From positions 257,920,001 to 257,984,000 of the forward strand of contig OZ024743.1 in NCBI GenBank assembly GCA_964016885.1: 64,000 bases of DNA. The letters are read 5' to 3'. Positions 29,690 to 40,688 of the stretch are shown one piece after another; position 1 is the first letter of the stretch, and each line of letters starts with the position of its first letter. The position numbers were made by a program, and so were the translations under genes. The DNA comes from Eledone cirrhosa (Eukaryota). The notes under the pieces were generated by a model. The model was given only the letters and a program-made list of their open reading frames with translations, did not search any database and was not told the DNA's origin.

Positions 29690-30140
29690 AAGTAGTGTCC
29701 AACAAAAGGCCAGCTGTTTCATACCAGCATGAAAAGTGTGATGTTGCTTGAAAATGAAACATGAGCAGTAAATGTAGAGGATATGCAAACACTGGAAGGA
29801 AATGAAGCAAGCAGGCTTTAATAAATGTATGATGTTAATGTGAATAAACAGCAAAGCATGGATGAACTAAGAGAGAAACTGAGTATAAGAGGAATCAAAT
29901 GTATTGTGCAGACAGAGAAGACTGCACTGGTATGGACATTCTTGAGTGAAGAAGTGACAGGAGTTCTAAGTGGAGGGAAGCTGCAGTAGAGGAAGACTAA
30001 GGAAATGTTTGGCAGAAATGGTGCAAGCAAATATCAAAACACTGAATCTTACAGAAGAGATAATAGAGGGAAGCAACAAGTAGAGCGAGCTGTGCAGGGA
30101 AAGATTCAGGCAAGTATGGAAAAATGGGTGTAGAAGGATG
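29690..30140 (+). mobile_element. Highly decayed RTE LINE 3' coding fragment
   Basis: Remnants ET*AVNVEDMQTLEGNEAS, ELREKLSIRGIKC and RRLHWYGH are homologous to 31882-32607. Confidence 0.7.
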
Positions 30141-30400
30141 GAAATGATGATAGGTATGTATGTGTTTATAGTATAAGATACACAAACATATGCATGCATG
30201 CACACACATATAAGTCACATAATTATATATTTGCATGAATATGTGTATGTGTATATATATATGTATGTATATATGTGTATGCATATGTATGTATATGCAT
30301 ATGTACATGTGTATATATGTATGTATATATGTGTATGTATATATGTATGTACGTGTGTATATATGTATGTATATATGTGTATGCATATGTATGTATATGT

Positions 30401-30682
30401 GTGGGGACATAGAAATAATCGGGATGAATACCCAATTGCACGGTTAAACCACTGGGAGTGAAGGATCCTTAGCCATTGTCAGGGCATTCTTCTAGGAGAA
30501 GGCAACTCAGGAAACTGGGACAACTCCGATATAAAACCTGCAGCTCAGTAGTTACCGATGATGTTGATCTTTTCTTGTTTTCGGATTATAGCTACTGTCT
30601 CTCAAAGAGTGGGATTGGCTCAGTGCACAGTCTCTCCTCACTTAAAAAAAATCTTCACGCACAGGCATTGCACGATAGCATT
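30401..30682 (+). mobile_element. Dispersed repeat resembling an RTE 5' UTR; second copy at 63913-64000
   Basis: Both copies begin ggggacatagaaataatc..gttaaaccactgggagtgaag. This copy contains ctaggagaaggcaactc..aaaacctg and cctcacttaaaaaaaatc. Confidence 0.55.
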
Positions 30683-31480
30683 AATTGATAATTATTAATA
30701 ATCTTACACCAAGCAATGGCCATATTCAATAACGAGGGGGCAGCCATCATATATAAATAAGCAAAAATAAATCAAAATAAAAACATCTCAATAAAATTAA
30801 AAAGTGAAAAAAACCCATTCCTGTGCAGACTTATGCAAGACTGTTACAGAAACAATATTAATTATATATTGTAATATATATAACAAGATACAAATGTATT
30901 CAGAAAATAAAAATATTACTCACATTAATTATTATACCGAAATTATGCCTATACAACTGTTTTGTATATCCACCAATTACCATGGTTAAAATAAAAAAGA
31001 TAAAATTAGTGAACATGAAGACTCAGATTCTCCTTAGTAGGTGATGTCTTTTACCGAGTACAACAAAATCTAATTTGTGGATCAAGAGATCGGTTGAATA
31101 ACATACATATATTTGTTGCTTGATCAGCAAATGACACCACACTGGAATGAAAGCATTACATGTGTCATGTGGACAGCAAAGAGGTTGATAGGAGAGCTAA
31201 AAATAGTTCATCAATTCATTCTAATAGAGCAGCTCAACCAAAATATGGGAGCAGTATATAAAATCAATAGAACATATATCGAAATCAGTCAATTGTTTAT
31301 TTTAACCATGGCAATTGGTGGGTTTCTTTTCTCTGAGATCTGAAACAGCTGTAATACAAGTAATATTATATTTTTATATTCTGATTACTTTTGTACCTTG
31401 CCATATGTATTTCAATATATAATTAATATTGATTCTGTAATATTCTTGTATATCATTATATATATATATATATATATATA

Positions 31481-32620
31481 TCATCATCATCATCATCATC
31501 ATCAACGTTTAACGTCCGTGTTCCACGCTTGCATGGGTTTGGACGGGGGTAGTCCCACTTGAGGCAAGAGTGATTGTCTTGCTCGCATAGGACTGTCTGG
31601 CAGGTTTTCTACAGTTGGATGCCCTTCCTAACACCAACCACATTTACAGTGTGGGTCTGGGAGGTTTTTACCGTGTTGCCTACACGGCCACATTACAGCG
31701 TGGACTGTGTGTTTTTTTGTCGTGACACCTACACGATCTCATTTGTTTCGGCCTCGATGGCGTGGCACCAACATAACTTTACATAGAACGGGGTGGTGTG
31801 GATGGGGTGGGGGTGGGGGGGGTGGGACGGGATGTATTTTGTTAGAGATGCCTACTGGCTGGAGTAGGTTTTATTATATATTTAGGTAAGGCGGGTCTGC
31901 TCTGTTACTGAGTACCGCCAAAGGTCTCCTCGGTCCAGTGACATTGTCTTGGAGAGGTGTAAGTGTGTGATGTCGGAGTTTATCAGCTCGTCCCAGGTTT
32001 TTCTAGGTCTGCCTATTCCGTGACTACCGTCTATCTTTATTGCCCTGCACTTTGTTATACAGCTATCGACTTTCATGCGCATCACGTGTCCATACCAACG
32101 TAGCCTTCTCTCGAGTAAACAACATCTGATCCCTCTTATCTCTAATTTTTTCCTTAGTTCGTTTATGCTTTGCCGTTCACGTATATTACTGTTACACATC
32201 CAGCGGAGCATGCAAGCTTCGTTCCTCTCTAGTCTGCGTATATCCTCTGCACACAATGCCCAGGTCTCACTGCCATGCAGCATTGCTGTTCGTATGCAGG
32301 CATCGTACAACCTGCCTTTCATTTTTAGTGAGAACCCTTTAGCAGCTAATAGTGGTATAAGCTCTCTGAACTTTTTCCAACCAGTTCTGACTCTAGCTAC
32401 AGTACTTTCAGAGCACCCTCCCCCACTGCTGATTTTATCGCCCAGGTAACGGAAGCTGTCCACTATTTCTATAGAACCCTCTGCGCAATTGAAAGAGCTA
32501 GTATTTTGTGGGTACTTGCTGCTACTTATTGCACCAGAGCACCGGCCACATGTAAAATCTATGTTCTTAGTTAGCTTACCTGTGATCCCACTACATCTTT
32601 TATGCACCCATACTTTGCAT
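31481..32620 (-). mobile_element. 5'-truncated RTE-clade LINE (C-terminal ORF, 3' UTR and (TGA)n tail)
   Basis: ORF 32607-31882 and a 3' UTR ending cacggacgttaaacgt(tga)n. Confidence 0.9.
31882..32620 (-). CDS. RTE ORF C-terminal fragment (Cys/His finger plus RT thumb region)
   Basis: CKVWVHKRC..FTCGRC, VDSFRYLG, ARVRTGWKKF, KGRLY..C.R.AMLHGSETW, RRLRWYGHV, GRPRKTW. Confidence 0.85.
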
Positions 32621-32787
32621 TTATATATATATATTCATTTAAGTTTAGTGGTTCACCACTAGATAGAATTGGTCTTCCCATATAGTTAATCATAATGTAA
32701 CAGGAGGAAAAGCACTCAACATTACACCACTCATCCATTGTTGATGTTGAATCCTGTGGGTGGTGTGGGAAAGGAGTTAAATATTAA

Positions 32788-32872
32788 TTTGATTAAAATA
32801 ACAGGAGGCTGGACTGGTGAAGTTCCCTTTATGGGAACTCCATCGATCCGAACTCCTGTTATTTTAATTAAA
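32788..32872. repeat. ~40 bp-arm hairpin at the end of a small insert (32636-32875) in (TA)n
   Basis: tttgattaaaataacaggag..agttccc tttat gggaact..ctcctgttattttaattaaa. Confidence 0.75.
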
Positions 32873-32887
32873 CTTATATATATATAT

Positions 32888-33358
32888 ATATCATCATCGT
32901 CGTTTAATGTCCATCTTCAATGCAAGCATGCGTTAGGAAGGAATTATCCCACTTATAGGCCTGTATGGGGCAGGTTTTCTATGGCTGGATGCCCTTCCTA
33001 ACACCAACCACATTTACAGTGTGGACTAGGAGCTTTTTTACCGTGTCACCTACATTAGCACTTTACAGAGTGAACTGGGTGTTTTTTGTCATGTCACCTA
33101 CATGACCTCTTTACTTTGGCCTGGATGTTCTGTGGTACCAACATAACTTTACAGAGAAAGGGTGGTGTTGGTGGGAGTGGGAAAGTGGAGTAGGGCTAGT
33201 GGGTTGGGGTGTATATTTGGTTAAGAGGTGCCTACTGTCTGTAGGTTTAATTTTGTACATAGGGAAGGCGGCTCTTCTGTATTACTGTGTAGCGCCAAAG
33301 GTCTTGATCCAGTGACATTGTCTTAGAGAGGTGTAAGTGTGCAAGGTCAGATTTTATC
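32888..33358 (-). mobile_element. Second, shorter copy of the same RTE 3' end
   Basis: Colinear with 31481-31985. Confidence 0.85.
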
Positions 33359-33365
33359 ATATACA

Positions 33366-33690
33366 CAGTGAACCTGCATTCTGAGCCCTGGTTATTCACA
33401 GAATTTTCCTTAGAACCAAACTAATAGTTTTTCGTGGAATCCACCACATATTTGCGGAATTATAAATATCTTCCCCGATTTTTTAATGGCTTTTTTCATG
33501 GCAATATATATTTTTTCACACCTTTTTAACACAAAGTGATTAATAACAATATACTATATTTACCGTCCTATATTTTACGTTATGTTTCGATGTTTATAGG
33601 CATTTTTATGGACCGCGTCCAATATTCGTAGTTTTCACTCTTCTCAGGTGCTCTAGGAATGTAACCCCTACGAATATCGGTGGATAACTG
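33366..33690. mobile_element. Possible decayed pogo/Tigger-like MITE
   Basis: Ends CAGTGAACC... and ...GGATAACTG|TA with imperfect TIRs; the left TA TSD is not clean. Confidence 0.4.
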
Positions 33691-33691
33691 T

Positions 33692-33902
33692 ATATTATTA
33701 ATGCAGATTAAAGTTTAAGCAAAGAATTTCTTCTTTCACCATATACTGGATCTTTTGAACTTTTAGAATGCCCCACATAAGGTGAAAGCAGAAATTCTTT
33801 GCTTAAACTTTAATCTGTACTAAAAATAAATATTTGCTCTATGGGTTTATATATACAATCCTTATTGATCCTTCTTCAGATTTTGGTCTTTGTATTATTA
33901 CT
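33692..33902. mobile_element. Fold-back fragment of a diverged relative of the Naiad tail (partial HHRs in both orientations)
   Basis: 33704-33740 is the reverse complement of 33781-33817, and 33781-33902 aligns to 681-820. Confidence 0.75.
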
Positions 33903-34429
33903 ATATATATATAGTCCTATAGAAGCCATTTCTATATTAATTATATATATATAATATCATTGGATTGGATGGGTCTTTTTCAGTACAGCATATCTCCACT
34001 CATGGCAACATTTTTATCTTCTGTTCCATAATCTTCAGCAATTTGTAATCAGCTCTTGTATATATATATTATATAATATATATTATATAATATATATATA
34101 GTGGTTGTCCACTTCTGTCCAAGGAAGAACACCACTGACTTCATTGTTGCAATCACTGCCCCTAATACTAGTATCATCAAAAGAACAACTTTTACACATG
34201 TATGTGTATGTGTTTGTGTATTAAGTATGTGAGTATGTGTGAGTATACAGTTGCACATATATAACTTGTGTCTGTGTGTGTCTTTGTATATGTGTATACC
34301 AGGAACATTCCTGGTATCTCATGTAAGGGTTTTAACAGATCATGACCTGACTAGGGAAGGGTTTAGCAAATAAATGATTTTGTGTGTGTATATATATATG
34401 TGTGTATATATATATATATATATACATAC

Positions 34430-34513
<84 letters not shown>

Positions 34514-34530
34514 ATACATATACACAGGCA

Positions 34531-34569
<39 letters not shown>

Positions 34570-34747
34570 GCAAGCAGAAAATTGCTTTTTGTGATCCAGT
34601 TCGTGGTTAAGAAATCCAGTTTCATGGATGGTTTCAACGTACGGTTAGGGGTAACTCCACAAGTTTGTAAGAATTCTGTTCAATCTTGGAGTATAAAGTA
34701 TAAAAGAGAAAACACAGGTAAGCATTAAGAGAAGGATTTTATCCAGG

Positions 34748-34849
34748 TATTTACGACCGTTTCATTGGTAAGTGCAACCTTATATTGCTATACTGCAAAT
34801 AGCAGCCACTCAATTATAATTGTTGTTCACAGTCCAAATTTTCAAAATA
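34748..34849 (-). ncRNA. Type I hammerhead, U3-A8 core variant with long stem II insert
   Basis: tatt TTGAAAA t-ttgg-[~65 nt]-ccaa-t GAA acggtcgt A aata. Confidence 0.6.
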
Positions 34850-35430
34850 GTGAGTTACTCTTGAAATAATTCTTAACATATAGAGAAAAACATTTATTTG
34901 GAATTGTATTTACTAGTATATAGAGAGAGAGAGGAATCAGGAGGTGAGGGAACAAACAGAATAGTATAGAGAGAGAGAGGAAGGGGGTAGAGCTAGGAAG
35001 TAGAGTGACAAACTGAGATAGAGGGAGGGGTAGAGGTGGAAGGATTCCTTGATCAGTTTTGATATTCAGACTTCATGTCATGGAATGTAGTGAGTTAAAG
35101 AGAATTAAATTGATTATAGTGGGAGGGATGGATAGAGAGGGAGAGAGAGAGAGAGGGGGGGGGGGAGATATAAAGAGATAAATATATATATAAAAAATAA
35201 AGATAAAGATAATAATGACAAAAATAAAAGCAAAGAAGGGGGGAGAAAGAAGAAAAGAAAAGATAGCCAAGAAGGGGAGCAAAGGAAGGAAGAAAACAAA
35301 GAAATGGAAGAGGAATGAAGGAGAAGGGGGGGATATAGGTATTGTTTTTTGTGGGTAATTAAAAGGGTTTAGATACAACAAGAGGGTATGAAGTCTAAGT
35401 ATATGCAGTTTGTCAGTTTGTAGTAAGAGG

Positions 35431-36040
35431 TTAAGGGTTCAATTTGCACTTGTAGTGCGAAAACTTCTCTTTGAGTCTATGGTTACAATAAATTGATCTT
35501 TCGATTTTATTGTTGAGTAACTTATTCTTCGAACTTAAGATGTGGAACAGCTCAAGGTCACATAATCGACAGCTTCTCATACCACTACGATATGGGGGCG
35601 CGTTCGATAATTTTTTCCACTTCAGGGTGTATTGATGGTTACTTTCCCTCAGTTGCCAGGTCTTGTTTGCAAGGGTAGTTACATAACGATGCTGGGAATG
35701 TTTCATTGCGTAACGGTGTGTATACCAACGGGCTTTAAATGTATTCCCAGTCGCTCTGATGTAATACCATTTCTGGTTGTCTGATTCCACTGTGCAGTGG
35801 TAAACCAGGTTAGACTGCATACATTCATTATGTAATGGACAGGTTTGAGGTAGGTGGCAGTTACAATTCTTTTCATGGGCAACTTTGGCATTATTGGTGG
35901 GCTGCGATGCCTGTACAAGTGTGTTACGTTTTGTTTGCCTATTGGCGGGTGGTTGTGTATTAGATATTCTGTTGTGTTCAATGGTGATTGTATTGTTATT
36001 GTTGTAAATTTGTGTTTTGGTGTTGTTATGTATCTTTTTA
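35431..36040 (-). pseudogene. Naiad-type GIY-YIG endonuclease C-terminal fragment
   Basis: CNC....CPL...C...NLVY.C.V, YYI(R)AT..TFKARW..H, T.LA...W.L, CRLCDLE, LLN, CNH. Confidence 0.85.
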
Positions 36041-36210
36041 GCGTTATGTATCTTTTTAGCGTGAACAACAATTATAATTGAGTGGCTGCTATTTGCAGTA
36101 TAGCAATATAAGGTTGCAATTACCAATGAAACGGTCGTAAATACCTGGATAAAATCCTTTTCTTAATGCTTACCTGTGTTTTCTCTTTTATATATATATA
36201 TATATATATA

Positions 36211-36388
36211 TAGGAACCAGTAAGACCCTGACGGCTGAGCTCAAGCCGTTTCGACGGCTAATTCGAAACGGCTTGAGCTCAGCCGTCGGGGTCTTACTGG
36301 TTCCTATTACCCACTCTACTACCCCAAGTATTGAGTACTTTGGTGCGTTATGGTCCACCTGGTTCCTTACCACATTTCCTTCGTCATA
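36211..36388 (+). mobile_element. Fold-back mini element with a 44 bp-arm hairpin made of the 3' half of an HHR plus tail
   Basis: Arms 36211-36254 and 36263-36306 have one mismatch. Each arm reads GAA-acggct..agccgt-C (GUC triplet). The element is flanked by (TA)n. Confidence 0.65.
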
Positions 36389-37124
36389 TATATATATATA
36401 TATATATACACCTGTGTATGTACATGCATGTGTGTGTATGCATATATGCGTATGTTATCATGTATATGTGATTTTCTGGATCATGGTGACACCACAGCCA
36501 ACAACAGAAGGTTTTTAGCAAATAAAAATATAGAGTACGTGATAGATGTTTCAATTTTGTTTTCAATTATTCACACATGCACACACATACAAACATCTCT
36601 TTCACACACACACAGCATTTCTTGCATATACATACACAAACACAACATCTCTCTTTCTCTCTCACAGAGCAACACTGCATCTCACAAACATACAAACACA
36701 GTATTTCACATAGACATCTCTCTCACACACATACTTGCACAAACTATCGCACACATACATATACTACCACACAGAAATACAGTCTACCACATAAGCAGAT
36801 AAAAACCACACACACTCTCTCAGTTGTATCCATTATATGCAATGGATTTCTTTTGAATGTTGATTTATTGCATAGTGATTGTCGGTTTAATAAATAAACA
36901 TAATGCATGTGTAAAATATATATATATTATAATAATATTAATAATAATAGTGAAACGAAGTAATCGGATCTGACCGAAATGCCTTTGGTTGTTTTCTCAC
37001 TTACTAGATGCTTTCATTAAGCCAGTATCATTAATATACTAACCAAAAGGAAAGCAGTGCACACTTATACATTAAAAAAGGATTTCATGTAGGTATAGAG
37101 TTTGATTCTCTAACCGCAGACTAA

Positions 37125-37179
<55 letters not shown>

Positions 37180-37182
<3 letters not shown>

Positions 37183-37443
37183 GGAAAATTTGAACAGGAA
37201 CAAAACAGAGAGGCAGTACAACGAAGGTTTATTAATTTCACGCTCAGGAGAGTGGGGTGGTGGTGGGGAACGACGTTTCGGGCATAAGCCCTTCCTCAGG
37301 TGAGAAGTGTGTGGGAAGAGAGTTCAAATGGTGTGTAGGGGAGTGGTGGAGAGACATATAGCGAAAAGGGGGTGGGAGGAAGCAGTGCGAATGAAATAAA
37401 AAATAAAAAAAGCATGATCAAAATAAAATGAAATGAAATACAT
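37180..37443 (-). mobile_element. Truncated copy of the 58622 family tail with a minimal HHR (37270-37302)
   Basis: Matches 58622-58880 and 60237-60480; CTGAGGA a-gggc-ttat-gccc GAAAC GTC. Confidence 0.8.
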
Positions 37444-37683
37444 ATAAACGGAAAAAATGAAACGAAACTTCATTTCTCACTCTGTATACATATAGGTATG
37501 TACGTATACATACTTATATTTAAGTAACAGCCGTACTAAGAGTGAGAAATGTAATTTCGTTTCATTTTTTCCGTTTATCGTTTTCGGTGCGCCCGGCCGA
37601 TTAACTCACTCGATATGCAAATTAGGCTGCTCAGCCGTTAATATGCATAAGGAAAGTATATACTTTCAGATGTTCAATCATCT

Positions 37684-37748
37684 GGCAGGAAGGTATACCT
37701 TGCTGACGATGGCTAATAAGCTTGAAACTAGTACAGCGTTCCTTTGTC
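37684..37748 (+). ncRNA. Minimal type I hammerhead in insert 37444-37860
   Basis: ggcaggaa..ttg CTGACGA t-ggct-aata-agct-t GAA actagt A cag..ttcctttgtc. Confidence 0.7.
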
Positions 37749-37946
37749 AGTGTTGAACAAATGAGCAACGATGGTTGCTAGATGCTGTACGGCTTAATTC
37801 GGGATGTTTGTTTACAAACACACCGAGCATTATAATAAATGTTCGGTGAATCCATACGTACATATATATATATGTGTGCATGTATGTATATATATATATA
37901 CATAATACTGTACGTCTGTATACATATATGTATGTACGTATACATA

Positions 37947-38078
<132 letters not shown>

Positions 38079-38083
38079 TATAT

Positions 38084-39147
38084 GTTGGGTGCGGATGCAT
38101 TCATGTATATATGTGTGTGTCCGCATGTATCTGTGTGTTTCTAAATATATTAATAACTCCCTCTGGTCGAGCAATCTTTGAAGTGTGGGGACAACTGGAA
38201 AGCTTCCATTACTCATACTTCTCGCCTTCTTCACTACCTCTTCTACGGCCTCGATATGAATGCCCCCTCCGCCTCCGTGGTATTTTCTTCGTGGTTATAA
38301 GAGGCTTAGCTCTGTTTCTCGACCGTTATATCGCGTGACTATCTCCCCCTCCGCCTTTTGGGATTCTTTCTCACGTCGTGTAGACGCGTTCTTGAGACTA
38401 GTAAAATGAGGTATCCTCTTGATAAGTCGGCAGACCTCGCAAGGACTCTATATCTTTGATATATTGTTTTTATTTATGCCACGAAACTACGTAGTCGAGG
38501 AATTTAGGAACAGTTTAGATATGATACATTTTATTACTAATTATATCTAAATGTTTCTTCTCTCTTCATAATGTATTTTTAACTCTGATACTGGTTCAGT
38601 CTAGTTCAAACTGAATTGGTCTGTCCCGGTCATTCATTGAGCAACATCGGTGAAGTTGGCACCCTTAACTCACAGTTGGGTGCGGATGCATTCATGTATA
38701 TATGTGTGTGTCCGCATGTATCTGTGTGTTTCTAAATATATTAATAACTCCCTCTGGTCGAGCAATCTTTGAAGTGTGGGGACAACTGGAAAGCTTCCAT
38801 TACTCATACTTCTCACCTTCTTCACTACCTCTTCTACGGCCTCGATATGAATACCCCCTCCGCCTCCGTGGTATTTTCTTCGTGGTTATAAGAGGCTTAG
38901 CTCTGTTTCTCGACCGTTATATCGCGTGACTATCTCCCCCTCCGCCTTTTGGGATTCTTTCTCACGTCGTGTAGACGCGTTCTTGAGACTAGTAAAATGA
39001 GGTATCCTCGCAAGGACTCTATATCTTTGATATATTGTTTTTGTTTATGCCACGAAACTACGTAGTCGAGGAATTTAGGAACAGTTTAGGTATGATACAT
39101 TTTATTACTAATTATATCTAAATGTTTCTTCTCTCTTCATAATGTAT
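38084..39147 (+). mobile_element. Tandem non-coding HHR element: two ~490 bp direct repeats (38084-38576, 38675-39147) with a ~100 bp spacer
   Basis: Near-identical copies with a 591 bp period, flanked by (TA)n. Confidence 0.85.
38414..38501 (+). ncRNA. Type I hammerhead, U3-A8 core variant with extended stem II
   Basis: tcctc TTGATAA gt(c)ggca-[~44 nt]-tgccac GAA actacgtagt C gagga. Predicted cleavage is after GUC at 38496. Confidence 0.75.
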
Positions 39148-39159
39148 ATATATATATAT

Positions 39160-39263
<104 letters not shown>

Positions 39264-39287
39264 ATATATATATATGTATATATATAT

Positions 39288-40189
39288 AGTAATAATAATA
39301 AAATTGAAGACTAAAATCCAAAGAGGGCTCGATAAGGAAAATATATATCAAATATATAAAAACCGTAGAGCAAATATTTATTAAAATAACAGATTAAAGT
39401 TTAAGCAAAGAATCGCTGCTTTCACCCTTAACGGGATCTTCTGAAACTAACAAAGTCAATCTGTAAACGCAGAACTGGATATTTCAAAAAACGTTGCAAC
39501 CGGAGGAAGACAGGAAGACGATACTTTGGTTCGTGGAAACGTTCGCTGGCAAAGAACGGGAAAAAACGAATAATACGTCATTAATAGGAGCGGTGAAAAA
39601 CAATTACGCGCAAAGACAGAACCACGTTTATGGTATAAAAGAGGTCGTAGACTAATGTTCTCTTAGGTGGTGCATAGAGACGTTCTCTGGCAATGAACGA
39701 AAAAACGAAGATAATAAGTCATATGTGGAGCGTGGAGAACAATAGCACGCAAAGACAAAACCACGTAAATGGTATAGCAGAAGTCGTAGACTAAAATACT
39801 AACTAGGAGACCAAATGAATCTCCGCTACAGAGTTAAGAACAAAGTAAATAAATACAATACAGAAGTAATAGAAACAAATATATACATACACGCAAACAG
39901 ATACGTACATACACAAGCATCCGCAAAACCTTACCATAGGTATACGAAGCCACGCACATATAAATATGTGTGTGTGTGTATGCTTGTGTACAAATAAATA
40001 AATAATTATATAAACGTATATAAGTAAATAAATACGTATATAACAAGCGCACGCACATACCTACAAATAAATACACGAATGTTCGGAGACGTAAGTTAAC
40101 TAAAACAAGAAGTACACATATACACACACCCACCATACGTACGGACCTGCATACTCACGCAGACGCAAAACTCCCGTATACACATAGCC
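39288..40189 (-). mobile_element. Extra Naiad-family 3' terminus with the U4A HHR (39390-39463)
   Basis: Reverse complement of 1-820 and homologous to 40683-41715. Confidence 0.85.
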
Positions 40190-40191
40190 GT

Positions 40192-40243
<52 letters not shown>

Positions 40244-40274
40244 CTATCTATCTAAGGCGGTTAAAATTCCCGAG

Positions 40275-40620
40275 ATCCATGGACGAGTTCTCTCCAGCGG
40301 TCTCTGTCCCTCATTATCGCTGCCATGTCTTGGATGGGTGCTACACTAGAATGCTGAGGATGGCTCTGAACATTAATCAGTATACACTTAGGATGAAAAA
40401 CTCAGAGCTGTATGGGAGCATCCCAAAAGTCAGCTCAAAAGTGACACAGAGGAGACTGAGGTTAGCTGGACATGCTCACCGACATCCAGAGTTGACATTG
40501 CACTCAGTGCTCGTTTGGGAGCCCCTACATGGACTCACTAGAAGAGGAAGACCAAGGTTAACGTATGTTGATGCCCTAAGGACAGACACTGGTCTGTTGG
40601 AGACGCAGGACATGGCAGCG
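40275..40620 (+). mobile_element. RTE-like LINE C-terminal fragment from a different family
   Basis: LDGCYTRMLRMALNI, ELYG..PKVS, RRLRLAGH..RH, VLVWEP.HG..RRGRP.LTYVD.L. Confidence 0.8.
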
Positions 40621-40626
40621 AAAAAA

Positions 40627-40682
<56 letters not shown>

Positions 40683-40688
<6 letters not shown>

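Larger units (their letters stand above)
34699..36192 (-). mobile_element. 5'-truncated Naiad-type PLE with inverted pLTR (34699-34830 / 36061-36192)
   Basis: 132 bp near-perfect inverted termini, a GIY-YIG ORF fragment and an HHR near the 3' end. Confidence 0.85.
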
